Below, one piece after another: positions 48,537-57,853 of a DNA stretch of 64,000 nt. Each line of letters opens with the position of its first letter. Position 1 is the stretch's first letter. Where the stretch lies: assembly GCA_963666275.2 (NCBI GenBank), contig CAXXOA010000002.1:288001-352000 (forward strand), written 5' to 3'. The notes under the pieces are model-generated. The model did no database searches and was not told where the DNA came from. It saw nothing but the letters and a program-made list of their open reading frames with translations. The stretch comes from Oceanispirochaeta sp. (GTDB lineage Bacteria; Spirochaetota; Spirochaetia; DSM-2461). The translations under genes were made by a program, and so were the position numbers.

Positions 48537-50131
48537 TGACTCCTCGTCTCTATGCCCTGTCTCAGCCGGACCAGCTGGTCTCGTTCCCGGGTTTGAAGCA
48601 GGATCTCCGACATTTCCATAAAATCCTCTTTCCCCTGATTTCTTCTCTTTTTCTCCTGCTGCCGGAGATTGTACTCCCTGTAGAAGAGAAGCTCATCCTG
48701 AACATCATAGGGCTTTTTCACCGAAAAAAAGATCAGAGGCTCCCCTCTTCCAGCCGTTTCAATCTCCACATTGCCAAAGTTCAGCAAAAGCGGGAGAAGT
48801 CCTTTCTGTACGGATGTGACATTCAGAACCAGTCCCAGTTCAGTCTGCTTTCTAATATCTTCCTTACCGAAAGGTTTTCTCTCAATATCCCAGATATAGG
48901 GAAACTTGATCATATAAACATCATTCCACCAGTCCAGAGCAAGCCAGAAAATCCTGAATCCACCCAGAACAAGCAGAACCGATCCTACAGACCTCCAGAT
49001 CATCTGAGCTCCCTGTGGGGAGAAGAACAGAAATCCTGTAATTCCCCCGCAGATCAGAGCAGGAAAGAATACCTGCCCCAGAAGAATCCAGGGACTCTTT
49101 CTGAAAACCCGTTTTTCCCGGATAGTTGTCTCCTCCGCAATGGAACGGTCACCCCTGTAAAGATATTTATCAGAAGAACCGGGAGTAAAGCGCTCTGAGA
49201 TCAGTTCCCGCAGCCCCTCTTTTTCCCGTCCTTTTTCTTCATAAACCCCGCGGGCCTTTAAATCCATAAGCATTTTCTGCAGCTTCCCGGGATTGTCGAC
49301 ACCCTCAAAAACGAGCCCCTTTCCTGCGGTCTGAACTTCCAGATTTCCCACACGGAAGATTTTTGAAAGGAGCCCCCTTGTGGTGATCACAACGGTCTGA
49401 ATCTGGTCCACAGGGATCACCTGCTGGTCCTGCCTGAAGCGGCGGAAATCAAAATACCTCTTCACAACCGCTTTATCGCTGACTTTGTACAGAGTCAGAT
49501 TTCGAAGAAAAATCTGACAGAAGGAGATGAATACTCCTCCCAGGGCGATCAGCGCAAAAAGGGGATTCCGGGCGGCCAGGACCAGGCCGCTCAGAATGAG
49601 AAGCAGGGGGAAAATCAGGGAGAAAGAGAACGCTTTGCGGCTGCTTCTTCCCTTGAAATGAATAAGAGCCCCCTTCTTTTCCTGCCGGGAAGTTAAGGCA
49701 CGCAGGTCTTTCCAGAAATTCCGGGGAACCCCTTTGATCTGTAAATGTTCGGGATTCTCCTCCGGTTTGAATCCCCTGTAAAATCCGGGAGAATCCTTCA
49801 ACAGCCTGCGGAAAGCTTCGGAACGGAGCCTCATCAGGACACACTCCCTGTTGGCGGCGTACGCCTCTCTGTGGATATCCGGACGGGTCAGGTTCTCCAG
49901 GCCCCAGAAATCCCCTTTGAAATAGAGTCTCTGCCCGCAGACAACCTCTCCCGAAAGGAGAACAAACAGGGAATCCGCCGTATCTCCGGGAAAGAGGAAC
50001 CGCGCTCCTTCGGGTATCATCAGGATCTGATAATACCGGCGGATCTGAGAGAACTGCTCTTTCCGGAACCCCCTGAAAAGCGGGTGTCTTGAAAGTTCCT
50101 TATGTAAATATGAAATTCCTTCTGGTTCCAC
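48533..50131 (-). CDS. Membrane protein: cNMP-binding-like domain plus two TM-pair/bacterial PH (bPH_2-like) modules
   Basis: LSRHPLFRG, GDTADSLFVLLSGEV; IFRVGNLEVQTAG and LNFGNVEIETAG bPH signatures; stop overlaps the next start (ATGA). Confidence 0.7.
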   Translation of the reverse strand: MEPEGISYLHKELSRHPLFRGFRKEQFSQIRRYYQILMIPEGARFLFPGDTADSLFVLLSGEVVCGQRLYFKGDFWGLENLTRPDIHREAYAANRECVLMRLRSEAFRRLLKDSPGFYRGFKPEENPEHLQIKGVPRNFWKDLRALTSRQEKKGALIHFKGRSSRKAFSFSLIFPLLLILSGLVLAARNPLFALIALGGVFISFCQIFLRNLTLYKVSDKAVVKRYFDFRRFRQDQQVIPVDQIQTVVITTRGLLSKIFRVGNLEVQTAGKGLVFEGVDNPGKLQKMLMDLKARGVYEEKGREKEGLRELISERFTPGSSDKYLYRGDRSIAEETTIREKRVFRKSPWILLGQVFFPALICGGITGFLFFSPQGAQMIWRSVGSVLLVLGGFRIFWLALDWWNDVYMIKFPYIWDIERKPFGKEDIRKQTELGLVLNVTSVQKGLLPLLLNFGNVEIETAGRGEPLIFFSVKKPYDVQDELLFYREYNLRQQEKKRRNQGKEDFMEMSEILLQTRERDQLVRLRQGIETRSH

Positions 50132-50138
50132 TCTTCTA

Positions 50139-50166
50139 CTATCGGCGTTTCAGTCGGCCTGATTTA
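50139..50166 (-). promoter_or_regulatory. sigma28-like promoter
   Basis: TAAA-N16-GCCGATAG ending 7 nt before GTG 50131. Confidence 0.45.
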
Positions 50167-51043
50167 GAAGACTCCTTCGGGAGGTTCTGTTTATCTCAAG
50201 AATTTCTGAAATAAGGACGCCTCCGATGATAAGAACAGCGCCCCCTGTCTGAATCAGAGAAAAAGGGTCGTTCATTACCAGGATCGCCAGAAAAGCAGAT
50301 GAAACAGGTTCCAGAGAGTAGAGAATGGCCGCCCGTGTGGGAGTAACAGCATTCTGGTAGCGGGTCATCACATAGACAGCAACCACACTGCCCAACAGAC
50401 TCAGATACAGGAGATTTCCCCACAGAACCGGGGAAGGATCCAGAAAGGGGGCCTCGAAAAACGGCATAAGCCCGAAGGCCAGAAGGGATGTAATGAGGAG
50501 CTGTAGAGATGTGAGAGCCCTCACATCTTCATCGCTGCCTATATTGTCCAGCAGAACGATGTAGAGACTATATCCCACAGCGCTGAAAAGGGTCAGAGTG
50601 TCACCCAGATTAAAAGCCCCCCGGCTCATTCCCCCTGTAATGAGAAAAAGGCCTAAGAAAGCGCAGAAAAGGCCCAGCAGATTTCCCCAGAAGGGGCGCT
50701 TTTTCAGTATCAGAAACTGAAAAAATGGGGTCATCAGAGCATAGAAATAGGTTATGAATCCCGACCTGCTGGCAGTTGTGTACTTCAGGCCGATCGTCTG
50801 CAGACCATAACCTAAGAACATTAAAAAACCCAGGAGAAGACCCTTTTTCAGAATCTCCGGGGTGTATTCTCTGAAGCGGACCCTGTAGAAAAGGGAGAAA
50901 AAGAAAAAGGCAGAAAAGAAGCGCAGCCCCATAAGCATAAGGGGAGAGGTATAGTTCAATGCTGTCTTAATGGAAACAAAAGTCCCCCCCCAGATCAGAG
51001 TTATCATAATAAGGGAAATTTCAGCTTTTCTTGTCTTCTGCAT
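50150..51043 (-). CDS. DMT/EamA family transporter
   Basis: IWGGTF, LQTIGLKYTTASRSGFIT, GDTLTL, LEPV; about 10 TMs; start ATG 51043 follows TTGTCC-N17-TATCTT. Confidence 0.9.
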   Translation of the reverse strand: MQKTRKAEISLIMITLIWGGTFVSIKTALNYTSPLMLMGLRFFSAFFFFSLFYRVRFREYTPEILKKGLLLGFLMFLGYGLQTIGLKYTTASRSGFITYFYALMTPFFQFLILKKRPFWGNLLGLFCAFLGLFLITGGMSRGAFNLGDTLTLFSAVGYSLYIVLLDNIGSDEDVRALTSLQLLITSLLAFGLMPFFEAPFLDPSPVLWGNLLYLSLLGSVVAVYVMTRYQNAVTPTRAAILYSLEPVSSAFLAILVMNDPFSLIQTGGAVLIIGGVLISEILEINRTSRRSLLNQAD

Positions 51044-51083
51044 AAGGGAACAAGATACCAGAGCCATCCTGTTAGGACAAGAC

Positions 51084-51111
51084 AAAATAAGGCCATCCCC
51101 AGGGATGGCCT
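51084..51111 (-). terminator. Terminator of the rubrerythrin gene
   Basis: AGGCCATCCC/GGGATGGCCT stem with T-rich tail on the minus strand. Confidence 0.7.
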
Positions 51112-51137
51112 CTGTTTATACCTGATGGAGGCAGATC

Positions 51138-51683
51138 TTATTTGAAGTATCTGTTCAGGAGGCCTTCGAAGGCGCAACCGTGACGGGCTTCGTCTTTACA
51201 CATTTCATGAACTGTGTCGTGAATGGCATCGTAATTGAGTTCTTTTGCTCTGGTAGCCAGCTGTTTTTTACCTTCACAGGCACCGTTTTCAGCGGCCACA
51301 CGCATTTCCAGATTCTTTTTGGTAGAATCGGTCACAACTTCGCCAAGAAGTTCTGCAAATTTTGCGGCATGTTCAGCCTCTTCCCAGGCGATTCTTTTGT
51401 AGGCTTCCGCTATTTCAGGAAGTCCTTCTCTGTCAGCCTGACGGCTCATAGCCAGGTACATACCAACTTCGGTACATTCACCCATGAAGTTCATTTTCAG
51501 ACCTTCTACGATTTCAGGATCTACATCCCTGGCTACACCTACAAAGTGCTGATCTGCCCAGGCCATTGATCCGGTGGACTGTTCCTGGAATTTTTCTGCA
51601 GGGGCTCCGCACTGGGGACATTTTTCGGGAGCAGAATCTCCCTCATGCATATAGCCGCAAATAGAACAAATAAATTTTTTCAT
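51138..51683 (-). CDS. rbr: Reverse rubrerythrin (NADH peroxidase)
   Basis: N-terminal CSICGY...CPQCGA rubredoxin domain, then di-iron EAEHA and EARH motifs. Confidence 0.92.
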   Translation of the reverse strand: MKKFICSICGYMHEGDSAPEKCPQCGAPAEKFQEQSTGSMAWADQHFVGVARDVDPEIVEGLKMNFMGECTEVGMYLAMSRQADREGLPEIAEAYKRIAWEEAEHAAKFAELLGEVVTDSTKKNLEMRVAAENGACEGKKQLATRAKELNYDAIHDTVHEMCKDEARHGCAFEGLLNRYFK

Positions 51684-51699
51684 GACATATCTCCTTAGT

Positions 51700-51750
51700 A
51701 ATAGTAATCATTCCTACCTAAATCCTACAGGAACTTGCTGTTTCTATCAA
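51700..51750 (-). promoter_or_regulatory. rbr promoter with a Fur/PerR-type 7-1-7 box
   Basis: TTGATA-N17-TAGGAT; TAGTAAT-C-ATTCCTA (51702-51716) at the predicted start site. Confidence 0.6.
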
Positions 51751-51904
51751 TAGTTTTTTATCTTTTTTTTATGGGAGTGGAAAGGGGATGTCATTTTTCT
51801 TCCCCTGGCAGATCCGCCCCGCCCTGTTTCAGAGAAACGTCTGGGATGCACAATATGGAATTATTTATATAAAAGAGCAAATCTTTCGATTCGTCCTTAT
51901 GCTG

Positions 51905-51922
51905 AAGCGAAAGACGGGACTT
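51905..51922 (-). repeat. 18-bp direct repeat of the tRNA-Gly 3' end (att-like)
   Basis: AAGCGAAAGACGGGACTT identical at 51905-51922 and 52082-52099. Confidence 0.85.
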
Positions 51923-52044
51923 CTTTCCAATGGTCATCTTCCTGATGACTCTTTACAAGCCGCCTTCATGAACTAAAACGGCATCCATGCCGGTTTGCGC
52001 TGCGCGACTCGCGCCGTTTATTTCCCTTCAAATCCCGTATAAGC

Positions 52045-52073
52045 AAAAAAAAGGCCAGCTCTTCGAGCTGGCC
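52045..52073 (-). terminator. Terminator of tRNA-Gly
   Basis: GGCCAGCTC/GAGCTGGCC stem plus T8 on the minus strand. Confidence 0.8.
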
Positions 52074-52082
52074 ATAAGTTTA

Positions 52083-52154
52083 AGCGAAAGACGGGACTTG
52101 AACCCGCGACATCCACCTTGGCAAGGTGGAGCTCTACCACTGAGCTACTTTCGC
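52083..52154 (-). tRNA. tRNA-Gly(GCC)
   Basis: GCGAAAG/CTTTCGC acceptor stem, TAGCTCAGTGGTAGAGC, anticodon loop TTGCCAA, GTTCAAGTC; CCA not encoded. Confidence 0.97.
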
Positions 52155-52296
52155 ATTTACGGTGCTATTTATATACAATATCGGCCCTCCTGATCAACCC
52201 CCTGAGGAATATTTTTGAAAATCCCTTTGACGACGATTCCCCAATTTCACCTGACAAGGTATCATAATCTGTTAATAACTCATCAAGGCGGGTTTT

Positions 52297-53235
52297 ATGT
52301 CTCTTATACTCTGGATACTGGTTTTAGCTGCTGGATTGCTCATTCTGAGCTATAGTTCCGACTGGTTCATAGATTCTGCGGAAGCCATAGGAGTCCATTT
52401 TCATCTGCCCCATTTTATCATAGGCGTTGTGATCATAGGCTTCGGAACGTCCCTTCCCGAACTGGCGTCCTCCATAGCTGCAGTGGTTCAGGGAAATTCG
52501 GAAATCGTCATAGCTAATGCTGTTGGCTCCAACATAACCAATATTTTTCTGGTTCTGGGTGTCAGCGGCCTTGTGGCAGGATATTATGCTCTGGAACATG
52601 ATATCTTCCAGACGGACATCCCCTTCCTTGTGGGCTCCGCGATCCTTCTGTCCCTGATGACCTACGACAGACACTTTACAAAAATCGAAGCAGTCATCTG
52701 CCTGGCCGCCCTGGCAGTCTATCTCTACCGTTCCATTACCAGCGGATCAATCGCTGAACAGCTGGAAGAGGAGGAAGACAGAAAAAAACTGGGAGTCCTT
52801 CCCTGGATCATACTTCTCCTCTGCCCTGTCGGAATCACTCTGGGAGCCAATCTGACTGTGGAATCTGTAGTCAGGATTTCAGGAATTATCGGAATAGGAA
52901 CAGATATTATTGCGGTAACAGCCGTTGCGCTGGGAACGTCCCTCCCGGAAGTCATGGTTTCCGTGCAGGCAGCCCGGAAGGGAAAAGGCGAAATAGCCGT
53001 AGGCAATGTGATCGGCTCCAATGTATTCAATACCTTTGCGGTGATGGGAGTCAGCGCCCTCTTCGGCCCTCTGACAATCACAGGATCCTATCCTGAAAAG
53101 GTGCTTCCCATGTTCCTCGGGGCCACAGTTATGGGGGTCTATATACTTCAGGATAAAAAAGTATTCCGCTTTGAAGGGGTCCTGCTCCTCATCTTTTACG
53201 CCTTCTTTATAGGATTTTCCTACGGGCTTTTCTGA
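52297..53235 (+). CDS. Calcium/sodium antiporter (CaCA, YrbG-like)
   Basis: Two alpha-repeats GTSLPE...GSN. Confidence 0.92.
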   Translation: MSLILWILVLAAGLLILSYSSDWFIDSAEAIGVHFHLPHFIIGVVIIGFGTSLPELASSIAAVVQGNSEIVIANAVGSNITNIFLVLGVSGLVAGYYALEHDIFQTDIPFLVGSAILLSLMTYDRHFTKIEAVICLAALAVYLYRSITSGSIAEQLEEEEDRKKLGVLPWIILLLCPVGITLGANLTVESVVRISGIIGIGTDIIAVTAVALGTSLPEVMVSVQAARKGKGEIAVGNVIGSNVFNTFAVMGVSALFGPLTITGSYPEKVLPMFLGATVMGVYILQDKKVFRFEGVLLLIFYAFFIGFSYGLF

Positions 53236-53924
53236 GATTCCTCTCGGATAGTCCACTGCCCCGCCACAAGAAGTTCGTAGGGACGGAATCTTCCTTTGTA
53301 GGCCATCTTTGAACAGTCGGCAATATAGTATCCGCTATAGTAGTAGGGATATCCCCGTCTCCGGGTCTCTTCAATTTCCGCCAGGATACTGAAGGTCCCG
53401 GGACTCAGAGAACTGAAATCCGGATCATAGGAGAAGTAGACGGAGCTGAGACCGGATGCCGCCTCATCCAGGATTCCGAATCCGATGAGTTTTCCCTCAC
53501 TGTAAAATTCAGACTGGAAGGAGGGAACCGCAGGCTGAAAGAAATTCCGGAAGAACTCCTCCTCGTTCACCTCCTGACTGAATTTAATCCGGCTGTGTTT
53601 TTCATAGATCCGGAAGAGTTCGTCCCTGTAGGTCAACTCCCGGAAGATCACACGGGTATCCCTGTTTTTTCTGAGGACCCGTTTCTGACTGGCACTTGGC
53701 TGAAAATCATCAACTCTGACTCTAATGGGAATGCACTGACGGCAGTCCGGGCATACAGGTCTGAAAAAAATAAGGCCGAACCGTCGCCATCTGTCGCTGA
53801 GAAGGGTATCAAACTGCTCTGCACCGGCGCCAATTCCTGCAAAATACTCCTGCTGATAGCTCCTTCCCTTCAGATAGGGACAGGAGGAATGACTGCTTAA
53901 CTCGGGTCTGGACAATAACCTCAT
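53220..53924 (-). CDS. Arginyl/leucyl-tRNA-protein transferase (ATE/Bpt family)
   Basis: CPYL, RRFG..FFRPVC..CRQCIPIR, LSSVYFSYDPD, GTFSIL.EI, GYYI..C.KMAYK. Confidence 0.85.
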   Translation of the reverse strand: MRLLSRPELSSHSSCPYLKGRSYQQEYFAGIGAGAEQFDTLLSDRWRRFGLIFFRPVCPDCRQCIPIRVRVDDFQPSASQKRVLRKNRDTRVIFRELTYRDELFRIYEKHSRIKFSQEVNEEEFFRNFFQPAVPSFQSEFYSEGKLIGFGILDEAASGLSSVYFSYDPDFSSLSPGTFSILAEIEETRRRGYPYYYSGYYIADCSKMAYKGRFRPYELLVAGQWTIREESQKSP

Positions 53925-54014
53925 AGGGAAAAAATATACCAGAGAAGCCGGGAAAACAAGAGAATGGACAGGACAAAACTATACAAAGGGTGGGAGCGAT
54001 GCTACATTGACCCC

Positions 54015-56150
54015 ATGAAAAATACAGAACTCCTGGCACCGGGCGGCAGTTTCGACTCCGCCATGGCAGCACTGGAAAACGGCGCCGATGCTGTTTATTG
54101 CGGACTGCAGGAATTTTCAGCCAGAAAAGCGGCAAAAAACCTGAGTTTAGACCAGCTCAGCCGGCTGAGAAACTATACTCTGAAGAATGATAAAAAGATC
54201 TATATCGCCCTCAATACCATCCTGAAAGAGAGCGAGATTCCCAGAGTGATAGAGCTGCTGATTCAGCTGCAGGATCTGTCTCCCGACGGTGTGATCCTTC
54301 AGGATCCGGGACTGATCAAAATACTGAAGGACTATTTTCCCCGCATTCCCCTCCACGGTTCCACACAGATGGCGGTCCACAACAGCTGGGGGGCAGGAGT
54401 CCTGAATGAGCTTGGATTCCAGCGGATTGTCCTGCCCCGGGAGATATCAGCCAGAGAAATAGAAGCAATCCATAAAGCTCATCCCTCCATGGAACTGGAA
54501 GTATTCATTCATGGGGCCCAGTGCTATGGTTTTTCAGGAATGTGTCTGGCTTCCGGACTCCTTCTGGGACGGTCCGGCAACAGAGGCGACTGCGGACAGA
54601 TCTGCCGGACCTGGTTCCGCCATGACGAAGAACAGGGATATTTTTTCTCCTGCAATGACCTTTATGCCGGCACGGACATCCTTGCCCTGGCAGAGGCGGG
54701 AGCCTGCTCGCTTAAAATCGAAGGGAGAATGAAATCACCCGCCTATGCGGCGGCCGTCTCCCGTTTATACAGATATATCCTTGACGGGAAGGATCCCGAA
54801 GGGATTGCCCCCCTGGAGGAGGATGCCAGGATCACCTATGCCCGGACACCTGTGAAAGGCCATCTTTTCTCTGAAAAGGGAAGAGAGATGATCAATAGGG
54901 ACTTCCCTTCCCATCTGGGGATTCCCGCCGGAACTGTCACATCCCGGAAAGGCGGCATACTGACCGTCGAATCGCCGGTACCCCTGGAAGGCCGGGACGG
55001 ACTGATGTTCTTTGATGCAAACGGCAAAACCAGGGCTTTCTCCGTTGATCCTGTGAAAAAACCCGCAGGGGGCCGATACTCTCTGAAAGCCCCCGGGGCC
55101 AGTCCGTCCCGGGGAACAGCTCTCTACAAAGTATCCTCCCACAGTCACCACTGGAAAGAGCTGAATCCGGGAAGCTTCAGGCCCTATGTCCTTCCTGTTC
55201 CGGCTCAGATCGAAATCTCCCCGGATGCTCTGAAAATCACACTGGAGATCTGGGATCTGTCTCTCAATTATCCTCTCTCTTTTCAGGAGTCCCGGGATAA
55301 GACCTCAGGGTTTCAGGAAAAACTGGCACAGGAACTGGCGAAATCATCAGATTTCCCCTTCCGGATCGAACCGGAGTTTACGATAGAAGAGAGTGAAACC
55401 GTCTCCCGGTGCTTCCTTCCTCCTTCACAGATAAAAAAAATGCGCCAGGAAATCTACAGCCGCTGTGATGAAGCCAGGAAAAGCCGGAACAGTCAGTTTG
55501 CCCTGACAGTGCAGGAAAAGCTCACAGAAGAGTGGAATCTGCTGCTCCGGACCAACCCTCCGGAAGAACTCCCGTCCCGGGAGAGCTGGTTCTCCCGGAA
55601 ATCCGACCATCCCTATATTACAGATCTCTCAAAGCAGGCAGAGGGATCCTTTCTGCCTCTCTCTCCTCTTCAGTTCCCCCGGGAGGAAGAAAGATTTTCA
55701 AAAGACCTTTTTAAAATCCTGGGAGAATCAGCGGAAAGGACAATCGGTTTGAACAACTGGGGCCATATCGGCCTACTCAGACAGAAAGCCGGAAAACAAA
55801 AACCCTCCTCTCTGATCGATACAGGCCTGCTGGCAGCAAACAAACCTGCCTACATGCTCTTTGCCGAACTGCTGGGAGACAGCCTGAAAGGAGCCTACGG
55901 ATGGATAGAATCACCGGAAGAAGAGCTTCCCTCCTGTTACACCCCAATCCGGGAGAAATCCGCCTTCCCCCTTTTTCTAAGCCGGAACTGTTTTAAGAAA
56001 CACTCATTGAACAGATCCTGCCAGGGATGCAGCCGGAGAGGCCGCTTTCCTCTGGAACAGAACGGAAAGGCCTACACTGTAATCGTGGAAAACTGCCTGA
56101 CCTGGGTTTATCAGGGAAAAAGAGACTCTTCTATGGACCGGGAGATCTGA
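54015..56150 (+). CDS. Peptidase U32-family protein, long RlhA-like form (probable RNA hydroxylase)
   Basis: ELLAPGG, GADAVY, HGSTQM, C..FSG.CL.S...RSGNRGDC.QICR, LKIEGRMK. Confidence 0.85.
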   Translation: MKNTELLAPGGSFDSAMAALENGADAVYCGLQEFSARKAAKNLSLDQLSRLRNYTLKNDKKIYIALNTILKESEIPRVIELLIQLQDLSPDGVILQDPGLIKILKDYFPRIPLHGSTQMAVHNSWGAGVLNELGFQRIVLPREISAREIEAIHKAHPSMELEVFIHGAQCYGFSGMCLASGLLLGRSGNRGDCGQICRTWFRHDEEQGYFFSCNDLYAGTDILALAEAGACSLKIEGRMKSPAYAAAVSRLYRYILDGKDPEGIAPLEEDARITYARTPVKGHLFSEKGREMINRDFPSHLGIPAGTVTSRKGGILTVESPVPLEGRDGLMFFDANGKTRAFSVDPVKKPAGGRYSLKAPGASPSRGTALYKVSSHSHHWKELNPGSFRPYVLPVPAQIEISPDALKITLEIWDLSLNYPLSFQESRDKTSGFQEKLAQELAKSSDFPFRIEPEFTIEESETVSRCFLPPSQIKKMRQEIYSRCDEARKSRNSQFALTVQEKLTEEWNLLLRTNPPEELPSRESWFSRKSDHPYITDLSKQAEGSFLPLSPLQFPREEERFSKDLFKILGESAERTIGLNNWGHIGLLRQKAGKQKPSSLIDTGLLAANKPAYMLFAELLGDSLKGAYGWIESPEEELPSCYTPIREKSAFPLFLSRNCFKKHSLNRSCQGCSRRGRFPLEQNGKAYTVIVENCLTWVYQGKRDSSMDREI

Positions 56151-57853
56151 TAGGCCTGGGATCTCAGCCGGCCGGAGGGTTCAACCACTCCCGATGCAGC
56201 CTGAGTCCCGTCGGGGAAGCTCACAACGTAGTCCAAAACCCCGTTTTCTCCCTGATGAAGACGAAGAACCGGTTCATATCCAGTATAGGATTTCAGGACT
56301 TTTATTCCCTGTCTCCCCAGGGTCCGGGTTATTTTTCTTTCAAGCGCCGCGGAATGAAATCCCGAAAACCTGATTGAAACAGGCAGAGCGAGTCCGTACT
56401 GCTTCAGTCCTCCGGAATTGCTCCTGTAGACAGCGGAAGCCGCCTCTACCGCAGAGACATTCTCTGGCATTTTTTCCAGCAGCATCTGCCTGTAGCTCTC
56501 CTCGACCATACTGGCTTCCCACTCCTTCTGGAAGCTGACAAGGCTCCTGTAGAGCAGATCCGCATCACGCCTTTCCCTTCCCAGTTCAAGATCATACCAG
56601 GGAACGGACAGGGGTTCGTCTTTTTCAAGGATCATGGCTCTCAACCAGTATTTACCGGCAGTGGCCGGGAAACCTTCGGCAGCACTGGCAAGAGTGAGAG
56701 CCCCCCGGAGCCTGCTGCTCCTTTCCCACTGAACCTTTCCGACCCGGAATGTCTGGATCCGGAAAAGGCTGTCATAGTAACGGGAGAGGACAAAATACCT
56801 GGCAAGGCGTCCCAATCTCCGGATCTTCCCTGAAATCCCGGCCCGGGCGGTCAATCTCTCCTGGTGGAATTTCCCCTTATAGATCTCTTTTTTAAGCTCA
56901 ATCATATCCGTCTCAAAGCGGCGGCTGTCGATCCCGTAATAGTACATCCAGGAATCATCACGGTTTTTTTCCAGAGCTTCCACCTGAAAAAGTGCCGCGT
57001 CCAGCCTGCCCCTCTGTCTCTGGAAGGAGGCCAGACTCATGGCGGAAAGGGGTGTTTCATCCAGAGCGGCGGCCGCTTTTATCTGCTTTTCCGCCTCCGC
57101 ATAGTCCCCTTTGGTCAAAAAAAGATCCCCCAGAGCCAGATGACCTCCCGAGCGCTCCATCTCCTGGAGAGAGAGCCGGGCATATTCGATGGCCTTCTCA
57201 TAAGAGTAGAAAGACTGCTCCGCTATAGAGAGATTGTAATAGGCCACTGAGGCAAAATAGTGGTCTCCGCTTTTCAGAGCACTCTCGATAGCCTCCAGAT
57301 AATACTTCCGGCACAGGTCCTGATTGTTCTCTTCTGAATAGAGGGTCCCCAGAGTCAGGGCCAGGGACTTCCGGAACTCCTTTGAAAGAGCCTCTTCCAG
57401 CAGGGGAATTCCTTTTCCGGCCTGATGGGTTTTGAAATACATCCAGCCCAGATCATCAATCAGATAGCTGTCGTACTCTTCTGTTACCAGTTCCTCCAGA
57501 TAGACCAGAGCCTCTTCATTCCTGTCAAGGAATCCCAGAATAGAAGCGATTTCCTTTCGGATTTCCCGGTTTTCCGGGTTCAGCCTTTCAACTTCCCTGT
57601 ACGCTTCCAGGGCCAGATTATAGAGTTTTCTGTCGCTGTAGAGATCCCCCTCTTCTCTGGCAAAGCGGGGGTCTTCAGGATAGGAGGCCTTCCCCTGATC
57701 GATCAGTTCCAGAGCCTTGCTGAAAAACTCTCCCGCCACAGCCCTGTCTATACTTTCCAGCAGGTCCTCCTGAGCCCAGACAGAAGAGGAGACTGTCAGC
57801 ATGAACAGAACCGGAACAAAGAAAAATCCGAAAAGAGAGGTTCGATCAGACAT
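56111..57853 (-). CDS. Exported TPR-repeat protein
   Basis: Signal peptide; several TPR-like helical pairs; last gene of the moxR operon. Confidence 0.7.
   Translation of the reverse strand: MSDRTSLFGFFFVPVLFMLTVSSSVWAQEDLLESIDRAVAGEFFSKALELIDQGKASYPEDPRFAREEGDLYSDRKLYNLALEAYREVERLNPENREIRKEIASILGFLDRNEEALVYLEELVTEEYDSYLIDDLGWMYFKTHQAGKGIPLLEEALSKEFRKSLALTLGTLYSEENNQDLCRKYYLEAIESALKSGDHYFASVAYYNLSIAEQSFYSYEKAIEYARLSLQEMERSGGHLALGDLFLTKGDYAEAEKQIKAAAALDETPLSAMSLASFQRQRGRLDAALFQVEALEKNRDDSWMYYYGIDSRRFETDMIELKKEIYKGKFHQERLTARAGISGKIRRLGRLARYFVLSRYYDSLFRIQTFRVGKVQWERSSRLRGALTLASAAEGFPATAGKYWLRAMILEKDEPLSVPWYDLELGRERRDADLLYRSLVSFQKEWEASMVEESYRQMLLEKMPENVSAVEAASAVYRSNSGGLKQYGLALPVSIRFSGFHSAALERKITRTLGRQGIKVLKSYTGYEPVLRLHQGENGVLDYVVSFPDGTQAASGVVEPSGRLRSQAYQISRSIEESLFP

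Noticed and set aside
51788..52193. Short ORFs of 62 and 68 aa near tRNA-Gly (also 62037-62228 over tRNA-Ala)
   Set aside because: They overlap tRNAs, terminators or the att-like repeat and have no protein features
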